Origin: Candidatus Hydrogenedentota bacterium
GTDB taxonomy: Bacteria; Hydrogenedentota; Hydrogenedentia; Hydrogenedentales; SLHB01
Direction of reading: 5' to 3'
Assembly: GCA_963668025.2 (NCBI GenBank)
Contig: CAXXTH010000017.1
Span: 736,001-800,000, forward strand
Length of the DNA stretch: 64,000 nucleotides
Below the pieces are notes generated by a model that was not told the DNA's origin, ran no database searches, and saw only the letters and a program-made list of their open reading frames with translations. Shown here piece after piece: positions 40,459 through 49,748 of the stretch (positions within the stretch are counted from its first letter, which is position 1; every line of letters starts with the position of its first letter). Position numbers and translations under genes: made by a program.

Positions 40459-41121
40459 TTATTTGCCTTCCACTTCCGCAAGCTGTGCGGCGACTTCTTC
40501 CGCCAGATTGGAAACTTTCTTTTCGATGCCTTCACCGCGTTCGAACCGGGCAAAACGGCGCACATCCATCTTCTCGCCTACTTTGCCGCTCAGCTCTTTC
40601 ACCAACTGTTCGATGGTCTTATCCGGGTCTTTCACAAATGGTTGTTCGAGCAGGCACACATCCTGGAACCATTTGTTCAACTTGCCTTCGGCGATCTTCT
40701 GGCATACGGCCTCGGGCTTGCCGGTTTCGGCGGCTTGTGCTTTATAGATGGCGGTTTCGGCGTCAATGGCGTCTTGTGGCACTTCCTCGCGGCGCACCCA
40801 TTTGGGGGCGGCGGAACAAATCTGCAAGCAAATGTCTTTGCACAGCGTTTGGAATTCCTCGCCACGGGCGACGAAGTCCGTCTCACAGTTGATTTCGGCG
40901 AGTACGCCTACCTTGCCCCCCATATGCACATATGAGGTGACCGCACCTTCCGATGCCGAGCGATCTTGCCGTTTCGCCGCACTGGCCATGCCCTTTTCGC
41001 GCAGCCAAGCCACTGCTTTTTCGAAATCGCCCCCGTTTTCATTTAGGGCTTTCTTACAATCCATCATGCCCGCGCCGGTTGCATCGCGCAAGGCTTTCAC
41101 ATCACCTGCTGTAATTGCCAT
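40459..41121 (-). CDS. tsf: Elongation factor Ts (short form)
   Basis: [34 protein letters not shown]. Confidence 0.96.
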   Translation of the reverse strand: MAITAGDVKALRDATGAGMMDCKKALNENGGDFEKAVAWLREKGMASAAKRQDRSASEGAVTSYVHMGGKVGVLAEINCETDFVARGEEFQTLCKDICLQICSAAPKWVRREEVPQDAIDAETAIYKAQAAETGKPEAVCQKIAEGKLNKWFQDVCLLEQPFVKDPDKTIEQLVKELSGKVGEKMDVRRFARFERGEGIEKKVSNLAEEVAAQLAEVEGK

Positions 41122-41124
41122 AAT

Positions 41125-41952
41125 TTATTCGTCTCCCATATCTTCTTTGTCTTCAGCGTCAGCCATGGACAGGTCTTCGACTTCGCCTTCCGTTTCAGGG
41201 GCCGACGCAAGCGCTGCTTCTTGCACGGGCGCGCCGCCGCGTTTAGGGCGGATGGTGCCCGCTTTTTGTCCCTGCCCCACGCCCTCGAGGATGGCGTCCG
41301 CGATGGTCGAGCAATATAAATTCAGCGCGCGGATGGCGTCATCATTTCCGGGAATCGGAAGCGGCACGGTGTCCGGATCACAATTGGTGTCTACAACGCC
41401 GATGCACGGAATGCCCAGGCGATCCGCTTCGCGAACGGCAATGGCTTCTTTTTTCGTATCGATGACAAACATCAGGCTGGGCAGGCGATGCATGTCCATG
41501 ATGCCGGATAAATTTTTCTCGAGCTTGGTCTTTTCTTTACGCAGGCGCGCCGCTTCTTTTTTCGAGAGCAAATCAAGCTTGCCGTTGGTTTCGCGCTCTT
41601 GTAAATCGCGCAAGCGGCGTACGCTCTGCTGGACCGTCTGGAAATTGGTCAATGTGCCGCCAAGCCAGCGATGGTTGATGTAGAACATCCCGGCGCGCTG
41701 GGCTTCCCGGGATACAGGTTCTTGGGCCTGCTTCTTGGTGCCTACAAAAAGCACCGTCCCGCCGTTCGCAGCCGTGTCGCGGGCCAGGATATAGGCCTTG
41801 TAGAGCTGGCGGAGGGTTTTTTGCAGGTCGATGATGTAAATGCCGTTGCGTTGTCCGAAGATGAAGCGGTTCATTTTCGGATTCCAGCGGCGGGTTTGAT
41901 GGCCGAAATGGATGCCGGCCTCGAGTAGCTGCCTCATAGTGGCAATAGGCAT
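41125..41952 (-). CDS. rpsB: 30S ribosomal protein S2
   Basis: [37 protein letters not shown]. Confidence 0.97.
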   Translation of the reverse strand: MPIATMRQLLEAGIHFGHQTRRWNPKMNRFIFGQRNGIYIIDLQKTLRQLYKAYILARDTAANGGTVLFVGTKKQAQEPVSREAQRAGMFYINHRWLGGTLTNFQTVQQSVRRLRDLQERETNGKLDLLSKKEAARLRKEKTKLEKNLSGIMDMHRLPSLMFVIDTKKEAIAVREADRLGIPCIGVVDTNCDPDTVPLPIPGNDDAIRALNLYCSTIADAILEGVGQGQKAGTIRPKRGGAPVQEAALASAPETEGEVEDLSMADAEDKEDMGDE

Positions 41953-41954
41953 AA

Positions 41955-42093
41955 TTCAACTCCTTTTGGGTTTACCTCGGGTTCCGGCGGCCGGCCCGGA
42001 ATACAATCCGGGCACCCAGGCCGCTCCATTAGGCGGAATCCCTGTGAATTTTTATACGGCCCGAGTTTATCACAAGCCCCCGCAGCCCTGCAA
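41955..42093 (-). promoter_or_regulatory. rpsB promoter and structured S2-type leader
   Basis: TTGCAG-18 nt-(TGA)TAAACT promoter; leader contains GGGTGCCCGG...CCGGGC and GAGG..AACCC before the AGGAG RBS, resembling S2 autoregulatory leaders. Confidence 0.5.
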
Positions 42094-42385
42094 CTTGCAT
42101 GAATTCTCCTAATCTCGGGCAAGGCCGCAACCCCAGGACCGGATTTCAGACCACGAAATACGCGAAATACACTAAAATTTGTGGAGCAGGGCTTGCCCTA
42201 CCGCTCGGAGCGGGGGGGCATAGTATATTCCCTCCACGGCGGTTCAACGGGAAATTTTGCTTTTTCGCACCCCGGCTTGGTACGATCAACATAGTTTTTG
42301 CTTTTTGAATGCAAGTAAGTTGTTTTCCCGCACAATCGGTTTTCCGCTTTCGGGAAACGGTGTTGTACCGCAAGAGGATAAATAT

Positions 42386-42604
42386 ATGCCGCTCTTTCAT
42401 TATATGTGCGAGGATTGCGGAACGCGGACCGAGTTGCTGGTCAAGGCGGATGCGAAGCCCGTTTGCCCCGGTTGTGGTTCGGACCGCATGCTCAAGCAAG
42501 CAAGCGTGTTTTCGGCGCGGGTCGCTGCGGCGCATACCACGCCCGCAGGGCCGCCCTCTTGCCATAGCTGCTGCCATTCCGATGCGTGCTCGATGAAACA
42601 TTAG
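42386..42604 (+). CDS. FmdB-family zinc-ribbon protein
   Basis: MPLFHYMCEDCG..E.L.....CPGCGS motif; GAGGA RBS. Confidence 0.85.
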   Translation: MPLFHYMCEDCGTRTELLVKADAKPVCPGCGSDRMLKQASVFSARVAAAHTTPAGPPSCHSCCHSDACSMKH

Positions 42605-42625
42605 CGGTGGAGGAGCTATAAGGCT

Positions 42626-43006
42626 GTGCAAAATCGCCCGGATATGGCGCCGCCGCCTGCTGGCATGTCCTGTTCGAAAACGCTCCTCGAACATTTTAGG
42701 TGCGCTTATCGAAATGTAGCCGCTTCGCGCCCCACGAGCTTCTATTTGCTCTTCGCCCTCCTGGCCATCGCGCTGCTCGGCTCTCAAGTCTATTTCATCC
42801 GGCGCGATCCGGAACGCTTGGGGCTTTTTCTCGCCTTGAACTTCACCGTTTGTTTTGTCGTGATTTTTATTGCATTGCTCGATTGCCGGGACATTATACG
42901 CCGCACCTTGCGCGAGCGCAGGCGCGCGTTTCGTGAGACGCTCGGGGATGACGCCTTTTTAAAGCGTATGCGCGAGCGCACCGGTGCGAAGCGGGGCCAG
43001 CCGTGA
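42626..43006 (+). CDS. Hypothetical two-TM membrane protein
   Basis: Two hydrophobic helices and a basic tail; overlaps the waaF start; start uncertain. Confidence 0.55.
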   Translation: MQNRPDMAPPPAGMSCSKTLLEHFRCAYRNVAASRPTSFYLLFALLAIALLGSQVYFIRRDPERLGLFLALNFTVCFVVIFIALLDCRDIIRRTLRERRRAFRETLGDDAFLKRMRERTGAKRGQP

Positions 43007-44010
43007 ACCACATCCTAGTGTTACTGCCCAATTGGCTTGGCGATGCGGTTATGTGTACGCCTGCATTGCGCGCCCTGCACCGCCGGTTTCCTGCTGCGCG
43101 GATCACCGTGGCGGGCCGTAATGTGGCGTGCGCCGCATTGCGCGGGCTGCCGTATTTGAGCGGCGAGATCGCGCTTCCCGCGAAGCCGGGCATATTGCGT
43201 ATGATGGCCTTATCCACCCGCCTCCACCGCGCGGGCGCGGATTTAACGGTCGTGTTTCCCCATTCGTTCCGGGCCGCGCTGCTGGCCTATATCGCCCGCT
43301 CCCGACAGCGCCTGGGCTATGATCGCGGCGGACGCCGCCGCCTGCTCACGGACGCGCTCGAACCGCATAAGTCCGGCGACGCCATTCAACCTATTTATAT
43401 GGCCCGCGAATACCTCGAATTGGTGGCCCATCTTGGATGCAAGGATGATGAAAAAGGGCTCGAACTGCGCGCTGAGCCGGAGGCGGCCGCCGCCATACGT
43501 ACGCGGCTCGAGGGGGATGGCCCGCTCGTGGGCCTGGCCCCGGGCGCGGCCTTTGGCCCGAGCAAACGCTGGCTGCCCGAACGGTACGCCCAAGTGGCCG
43601 ACCGCCTGCATGACGCCCTGGGCGCTCGGTGCGTCCTGCTCACCGGGCCTGATGAAGAAGACACCAGGGAAGCCGTCGTGGCCGCGACGCACACGGGTTT
43701 CCGCGTCGCCGATGGCGGCCATCCGACCATAGATACAGTGAAAGCCACGATTTCGCAGCTCGACCTCCTGATCTGCAATGACTCCGGCACCCGCCATGTC
43801 GCGATAGCTTTCGGCGTGCCGGTGCTATGCATCATGGGCCCCACCTCGCCCGATTACTCGACGGGCCCGTATGAGCGCGGCGAAGTGCTGCGCGTGCAAG
43901 TCCCGTGCGGCCCCTGCCAAAAAACCGTGTGCGAGACGGATCATCGTTGCATGACAAAGATCACCGCCTCCCAGGTGTTCGAGGCCGCCAGCCGCCTGCT
44001 GGGCGCGTAG
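43003..44010 (+). CDS. waaF: LPS heptosyltransferase II (GT9)
   Basis: PNWLGDAVM.TP, PGAAFGPSKRW, CNDSG..HVA.A, CGPC....C...H.CM. Confidence 0.85.
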   Translation: MNHILVLLPNWLGDAVMCTPALRALHRRFPAARITVAGRNVACAALRGLPYLSGEIALPAKPGILRMMALSTRLHRAGADLTVVFPHSFRAALLAYIARSRQRLGYDRGGRRRLLTDALEPHKSGDAIQPIYMAREYLELVAHLGCKDDEKGLELRAEPEAAAAIRTRLEGDGPLVGLAPGAAFGPSKRWLPERYAQVADRLHDALGARCVLLTGPDEEDTREAVVAATHTGFRVADGGHPTIDTVKATISQLDLLICNDSGTRHVAIAFGVPVLCIMGPTSPDYSTGPYERGEVLRVQVPCGPCQKTVCETDHRCMTKITASQVFEAASRLLGA

Positions 44011-44039
44011 CTTGTTTGCCCTTCATCTGTCTGGTGAGG

Positions 44040-44067
44040 TCTCGTGGCATGGGCGTCTCGCCCATGC
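44040..44067. repeat. REP-like palindrome, copy 2
   Basis: TCTCGTGGCATGGGCGTCTCGCCCATGC. Confidence 0.6.
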
Positions 44068-44165
44068 TACGAGAAGCGCTGATATCTTTTCTTTTCTCCG
44101 GCGATTTGGCTTCCTTTGGACTTCTTGCATACAATAGAGGGCAATTGTGTAACAAGCGCGGAAGC

Positions 44166-46043
44166 GTGCTGTTTGAATGGATCTTGCCGTGCGAGGCGGT
44201 TTTTTTTTCCCGACATAAAAAGATTGAAAAACAGGCTCCAGCGGAGGAAGCCTGCCGGCAGCCCGTTTTGGCGCAATCGCCGGATGGCGTGATAACGGCC
44301 TTCAACGCGGCGGCCGCGCGCTTCTACGGCTACCGCGCCGAGGAAGTGATGGGCAGGCCCGCGCTCCTGTTTATACCGCCTGCCGCACACGATGCCTGGC
44401 GGCATATCACCCAGCACGTGCTCGAGGGAGATTGCGTAGGCAATTACCGCATGGAGCACTTAGCCGCCAAAGGCCGCCGCCTCCCCGTTTGCCTTGATCT
44501 CTATCCCGCGCGCGCCGCGGACAGCTCCATCACGGGCGTCATCATCGCCCACCGTTCCGCTGGCGCGCCTGCGATGCTCGAAGAGGCGCGCGACGCCGAT
44601 AAATGGACCCGCGCCATCGTCGAGACCGCCGTGGACGGCATCATTACCATTAGCGACAGCGGCCTGATCGAATACGTTAATCCCGCCGCCGAGCGCATGT
44701 TCGGCTACGAGGCCGCCGAAGTCGTCGGACAAGGCGTCCGGGTGCTTATGCCCCTGTCCTTTTTCGAAAGCCACGAACACTACGCCGAGCATGAGGGCAG
44801 CCGTGGCGCGGGAGCCACGCAGGAATTATCCGGCAAGCGGAAAGACGGCTCGACGCTGCCCCTCGAACTCTCCGTGAGCGAAGTCGCCCTCGAAGACCGG
44901 CGCATCTTCACCGTTATCCTCCACGACATCACCAACCGCCGCCTCCGCCAGGAGGAACTCAACAAGCGCAACATCGAGCTGACTTGCCTCTACCGCGCCG
45001 GTGAAGCCATGCGCTCCTTCGAGCTGCTCTCGGGCCTGTTCCAGGAAGTCGTGCGCCTCATTGGCCCCGCGTTCTCCTATCCCGAGATCACCCGGTGCCG
45101 CCTCACATTCGACAACGACCGCTACGTCAGCACGCCCTTCTCGGCCACGCCCTGGCGGCTCGAATCCGATATCACTGTCGCCGGGCGCAAACGCGGCGAG
45201 GTCGAGGTGTTCTATATCGAGGAGCGCCCGCCCCTCGATGAAGGCCCCTTCCTCAACGAAGAACGCGAACTCATCGACGCCATCACCAGTTCGCTCATGT
45301 CCACCATCGAACGCCGCGAAGCCGAGGCCCAAGTCATCCAGGCCTCGAAACTCGCCTCGATCGGCGAACTCGCCGCGGGCGTGGGGCACGAGATCAATAA
45401 TCCCGTCAACGGCATCATGAATTGCGCCGACATCCTCGCCAAAGAGTTCGCGGAAGGCTCGAAAAGCCGCCAATTCGCCGACCTCATCCGCTCCGAAGCC
45501 GAGCGTATCGCCACAATCGTGCGCAACCTCCTCACCTTCGCCCGGCAGGAAAAAGAACACCACAGCCCCGCCCGCCTGTGCGACATCGTCGAAGTGGTCC
45601 TCTCGCTCAGCCGCAAAAAAATCGCCAAGTCGCACGTCCACCTCGAAGTGGATGTGCCCGAAGACCTGCCCAAGCTCCGCTGCCGCAGCGAACAGCTCCA
45701 GCAAGTCGTCATGAACCTCATCATCAACGCCCTGCACGCCCTCGATGAGCGCTACAGCGGCATGAACCCCGACAAAATACTCCTCATCAAAGCCGTCCGC
45801 ACCGAATTATCCGGCCGCCCCTTCATCCGCTTCACCATCGAAGACCACGGCTGCGGCATCCGCCCCGCCCACATGGAACGCCTATTCGACCCGTTCTTCA
45901 CCACGAAAGGCCGCGACGTCGGCACCGGCCTCGGCCTCAGCATCTCCGACGCCATCGTCCGCGAACACGGCGGCCAAATCACCGTCGAAAGCGAACTCGG
46001 CCGCTACGCAAGGTTCTACGTGGATCTGCCCCTGAATCCGTAG
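44166..46043 (+). CDS. Orphan PAS-PAS sensor histidine kinase
   Basis: Two PAS domains (FN.AA..FYGY, VNPAAERMFGY), H-box AGVGHEINNP, N-box NLIINA, D.GCGI, PFFTTK..GTGLGL; start uncertain. Confidence 0.9.
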   Translation: MLFEWILPCEAVFFSRHKKIEKQAPAEEACRQPVLAQSPDGVITAFNAAAARFYGYRAEEVMGRPALLFIPPAAHDAWRHITQHVLEGDCVGNYRMEHLAAKGRRLPVCLDLYPARAADSSITGVIIAHRSAGAPAMLEEARDADKWTRAIVETAVDGIITISDSGLIEYVNPAAERMFGYEAAEVVGQGVRVLMPLSFFESHEHYAEHEGSRGAGATQELSGKRKDGSTLPLELSVSEVALEDRRIFTVILHDITNRRLRQEELNKRNIELTCLYRAGEAMRSFELLSGLFQEVVRLIGPAFSYPEITRCRLTFDNDRYVSTPFSATPWRLESDITVAGRKRGEVEVFYIEERPPLDEGPFLNEERELIDAITSSLMSTIERREAEAQVIQASKLASIGELAAGVGHEINNPVNGIMNCADILAKEFAEGSKSRQFADLIRSEAERIATIVRNLLTFARQEKEHHSPARLCDIVEVVLSLSRKKIAKSHVHLEVDVPEDLPKLRCRSEQLQQVVMNLIINALHALDERYSGMNPDKILLIKAVRTELSGRPFIRFTIEDHGCGIRPAHMERLFDPFFTTKGRDVGTGLGLSISDAIVREHGGQITVESELGRYARFYVDLPLNP

Positions 46044-46133
46044 GGTGGCGAAATGTCAAGTTGCATGCGTATACTTCCTTTTGCATATGTCTTGGTCATA
46101 TCTTTGGCCTGAGCTCAACTATTTCTAAGTGAG

Positions 46134-46742
46134 TCATTTTTCCGGTTCTTCATCAAAATCACCACGTTCCTTAGCAGCTTTATACTCTTTCTTCGCTTCT
46201 TTCATCATCTCTTTCATGTTTTCACTCTGAATAACCGTTTTCGCGATCTCTTGCAGGTTTTCCGCAGACATAGCGGTTGGATCATGTCCCGCTTGAAACA
46301 CTCTGGTCAGTATTTTTAGATATACTATGCCAGAGGCTAACGTCAGAGCATAGCACGTGCCGCCCACAATGACAGATGCACCAACGCTACCCACTCCGGG
46401 AAAAAACGAGAATGCCGCTGAAAGGGCTATACTGCCAACTGCGTATGCGGCAAGATTAGTTGCAATACCAGAACCCACTGATTTTATGATGTTTTCAGAA
46501 AAAGGTAGCTCTATTTTACCATTTACTCGACCGTACATCGTCCACACAAAACCTGCCGCAATCACGACGGCTGCGGTTCCTCCGACTCCTGGCACCCATC
46601 CACCAGCCACACCGGCAATCGCCGCGCCCGCTGAATGAGTCTTCACGATCTCAGCAATTTCCTCAGGCAGACTATCGTCCGCAACCTTGTTCATAGCTCT
46701 GACCAAATCTGTAGCAGTCCTGAGCAAGGTACTATTATCCAT
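46134..46742 (-). CDS. Hypothetical Gly/Ala-rich membrane-associated protein (DUF697/EcsC-like)
   Basis: IVK.HS.GAA.AG...PG.G and FPGVG..GA pattern; GGAGG RBS before ATG 46742. Confidence 0.5.
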   Translation of the reverse strand: MDNSTLLRTATDLVRAMNKVADDSLPEEIAEIVKTHSAGAAIAGVAGGWVPGVGGTAAVVIAAGFVWTMYGRVNGKIELPFSENIIKSVGSGIATNLAAYAVGSIALSAAFSFFPGVGSVGASVIVGGTCYALTLASGIVYLKILTRVFQAGHDPTAMSAENLQEIAKTVIQSENMKEMMKEAKKEYKAAKERGDFDEEPEK

Positions 46743-47190
46743 TTCTGCCTCCTCTTCCAATTTTAAATGATGGACACCTTCTTTCACTATACAATACCAT
46801 AAATTTACTACATGCAGAATACTGTATCATTTCAACTTACGAAGTTTTCTTAGCCATTCCCCAAGCCTCATATCTATCCAAATCACCTTGCGCAACCTTA
46901 TGAAATGCCTATGCTACAACGAGATCGTCAGCTAGTACTATTATTAAAGTGCAATCTGGGAGTACGTCAATTGAGCAAATCATGTAGGTAAGAACAATAA
47001 CGATGCTTGTGATGGTTTTAAAAGGAACGACCGTATTGTAATCACTTGTTATGGCCATCATGTAACGCGTGATGTTGAGGCATTTATCGAGCGGATTACT
47101 CACGGGTTCGTGGAAGCTAATCTTATCGTTGATCAGCCACTTGATATCGTCTTCCAAAACCTGAGGAGCATTCTGTCAGGGCTTACGCAT

Positions 47191-48348
47191 CTAAATTCCC
47201 AGTAAACGTAGAAGGTATTCGGGGTCGAGTGCAGCAGCGAAGCGCTTGCCCCTGAGGAAATCTTTGTTGGTCTTGTCTTTCTTGAGGAGGTTGAGTGTAA
47301 TTCTCCTCAAGGAGGCGAGATTCTGGGCGGCGTTTCTTGTTCGGGCGCGGTTGTCGTCTTCGCGAAAGATAATGTCTAGGCACCAGTGCAAATTGTTTTC
47401 CACGCCCCAGTGTCCACGCACGGCGTGGGCGAATCGTCGTGCGTCGAGGGGCAGGCTGCTCAAGTAGTAGCGCCGCTCGATGGTGTTCTTCCCTTTTTCC
47501 TTGCGGATGGACTCGACCATGCCGAAACTCTTGAGGCCCTTCCAAAGTCCTTTGTCCTCGAACCAGCCCAAGTCGGTGGATTGCCAGTATCGGCGGGTTT
47601 CGATGCGGCCATGCCCCTTGTCGATGGTCTGGTGGAAATCCATCCGTGTGGCGTCGGCTGTTGGCGCGCACTGGGTGGCGCAAGGGGGAACGGCGTCCTT
47701 GAAAAAGGCCTTCACTTCTTCTAGGGCGGTGGCGTGGTTGCCTTTGAGGGCCAGCACGTAGTCGGCCTGCCGTTGGATAATGTGGGAGGCGATATCCTTC
47801 TGGCAGCCCATGGCGTCCAGGGTGACGATGGCTCCCTTGAGCTTTAAGGCGTTGAGGAGTTTGGGGACGGCGGTGATTTCGTTGGATTTCTCGTCCACCT
47901 TGACCTGCCCCAGCGCCAGGCCGTGCTCGCAAGCCCATGCGCTGACGATGTAGGGGATGGCCTCCCCCTGATTCAAGGCGCGCCGCAGGGCTTTGCCGTC
48001 AATGGCGACGACCTCATCGCTTAGATTGGGGCAAATGCCCTGCACCCATTGGCCGAAGCATTCCAGAAAGGCATGGGGGTCGAGGGCGGAAAAGACCCGG
48101 TTGAAGGTGTCGTGCGAGGGGATGCCGCCGGGCAATTCCAGGAAGCCCTTCAGCCAATCCTCCCGGAGCCAGCCGAAGCGCTCCATATCCGAAAAGCTCT
48201 CCCCGCCCACGAGGGCTGAGCATAGCCCAATCATCAAGATGTCAATGAAGTTGTGCCTGCGGGTCCGGTCCATGCGGGGATCAGGCAGGCCCGCGAAACA
48301 CTCGATAATAGGCTTGGGCTTGGGCAGGGATTTCTTTTCAGCGGTCAT
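47191..48348 (-). CDS. ISAs1-family transposase
   Basis: DPR, GIPSHDTF.RVF, VAIDGK.LR, KSNEITA.P, DAMGCQK, HGRIETR, RGHWGVEN.LHW.LD..F.ED. Confidence 0.95.
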   Translation of the reverse strand: MTAEKKSLPKPKPIIECFAGLPDPRMDRTRRHNFIDILMIGLCSALVGGESFSDMERFGWLREDWLKGFLELPGGIPSHDTFNRVFSALDPHAFLECFGQWVQGICPNLSDEVVAIDGKALRRALNQGEAIPYIVSAWACEHGLALGQVKVDEKSNEITAVPKLLNALKLKGAIVTLDAMGCQKDIASHIIQRQADYVLALKGNHATALEEVKAFFKDAVPPCATQCAPTADATRMDFHQTIDKGHGRIETRRYWQSTDLGWFEDKGLWKGLKSFGMVESIRKEKGKNTIERRYYLSSLPLDARRFAHAVRGHWGVENNLHWCLDIIFREDDNRARTRNAAQNLASLRRITLNLLKKDKTNKDFLRGKRFAAALDPEYLLRLLGI

Positions 48349-48419
48349 GGGGTGCTCCTTTCATTCATGCGCCGAAGCACTGTTGACTCTAGTATATAGA
48401 ATTCTATATATTAAAATCC

Positions 48420-48719
48420 ATGAAGCACACCAAAAAGATGCAAGCATTGCTGGAGCGCATGGCGCAGATTGAGCGGATGGAGCGCGGAAAGCTCTGTCAA
48501 ATGGGCGGGCGTCCCCACTTTAACCACCAGAGCTGGGAGAACGAGAAGAACGTGGTTCGCTATGTGCCGGCGCGCGAAACCGAGTTCCTAAAAGAGGCCA
48601 TCAATGGCTACCAGGCTTTCATGAAGCTGGCTGAACGCTACGTGGACGAAGTCGTCAAGCAAACCCGCCGTGAGCGCGCAAAGACCTTCCCCCAAGCGAA
48701 AAATCCCAGGCCACGTTGA
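48420..48719 (+). CDS. Small IS-associated protein (DUF6788-like)
   Basis: I.RMERGKL....G.P.F.HQ.W...KN..RYVP...AI.GY..F..L; lies inside the IS ends. Confidence 0.6.
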   Translation: MKHTKKMQALLERMAQIERMERGKLCQMGGRPHFNHQSWENEKNVVRYVPARETEFLKEAINGYQAFMKLAERYVDEVVKQTRRERAKTFPQAKNPRPR

Positions 48720-49317
48720 CAGAAAAAATCATGCACAACAGGATAAATCGACTCTTGAGCACTATTAGATGCGTAAGCCCTGAGCATTCTGTCGTATCGC
48801 ATGCTCGCCGCCTACTGCGTATAATATCGTCGGCATAACAAACCTTTCCTCCACTTTATATGGAGAGGATGCATGCTCAAAACTCCACCCCCCATCTGTA
48901 TTCCTATATTGAGCTTGTGTTACCAAAATGTCAATATGGCTATTTAATATTGGCTACTTAAACTCAGCGTGTAATCTTGCACTAGGTGTTTCGCGATAAA
49001 GTACCCTATAACAGCGTTTGTTATGCGCTTTCATATCGACACAAGGAATAAAGGATACATTCGGGCCAGGTTCCGTACACTCAAAGTGACAAAAAGCTGC
49101 CGCACTCTATACTTGCGGATACCGAAACCGCTCCTAGTATCTTTTGCCTAAAGGAGTTAGAATATACCAAAGACGCTAGGGTGGTGTTGCCTGTTGGAAA
49201 AACGACGGAATGTATCATGATTATGTTGGATATACAGCGAGTAAGACTTGGTGTTGGTTCAGTGCAAACGGAATTGGAGCGAGTTTTAGATGGACAATAA
49301 TGGAGGCAGGATCGACA

Positions 49318-49526
49318 TGAGCAGTTTTGGAACATTTAGAGTGACCGACAAGAAATGTGCAACATGTAATTTCTATGAAGGGGAACGGCATATAGAATTG
49401 CGTAACTATGAACCGTATTATGTAAAGGCTGATTCCGGCAATACGCCTTGTCCGGTAAATCACGACCGCATGGTGTCGGGGGCCTATCATTGTTCTTCAT
49501 GGCGTATATGGGTAAGTATTGCGTAA
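49318..49526 (+). CDS. Small Cys-rich hypothetical protein
   Basis: MSSFGTF...CATCNFYEG.R...CP...C..W; GGAGG/CAGGA upstream; start approximate (ORF track gives 49290). Confidence 0.5.
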
Positions 49527-49601
49527 TCGCGTCTGTTTGCGATGTGATTTGGGTATGCAGGCGGCACTAAGACGAAACAGAGTATATTACCCAATACTCC
49601 C

Positions 49602-49709
49602 GTCAGCCTGCTTAAGCAAGCTCCCCCTTAGCGCCTGGCTTTAGCCAGGTGGGGAGGTTCAACAACTGATTGCAAGCGCGCTTTAGCGCGGCTTCTCGAA
49701 GGCTTTAGC
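49602..49709. repeat. Solo, diverged copy of the HUH-element arm
   Basis: Same hairpin order and linkers as 38230-38337, including identical GCGCGCTTTAGCGCGGCTTCTCGAA. Confidence 0.8.
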
Positions 49710-49748
49710 AAGAGACCTTTTTGCTCAAGTTTTCGAGCAAGATTTGCC

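Larger units (their letters stand above)
47177..48782 (-). mobile_element. ISAs1-family insertion sequence with a divergent passenger ORF
   Basis: Perfect 18-bp IR CAGGGCTTACGCATCTAA / TTAGATGCGTAAGCCCTG; 10-bp TSD AGCATTCTGT at 47167-47176 and 48783-48792. Confidence 0.93.
46837..48836 (-). pseudogene. YkvA/DUF1232-like gene disrupted by ISAs1 and an internal TAG
   Basis: Removing the IS and one TSD joins ATG 48836 in frame to ...LTYMICSIDVLPDC...ADDLVVA*AFHKVAQGDLDRYEAW, resembling the YkvA Y..SP.D..PD......DD motif. Confidence 0.6.

Noticed and set aside
43905-44165. N-terminal 87 aa of the histidine kinase ORF
   Set aside because: Overlaps waaF and a REP-like repeat; probably not translated
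16831-46911. Genome-wide TAG recoding (Trp or pyrrolysine) suggested by two in-frame TAGs
   Set aside because: TAG ends many intact genes here (SpoIIM, waaF, kinase, NYN, transposases), no pyl genes are in the window, and TGG-to-TAG is a simple transition
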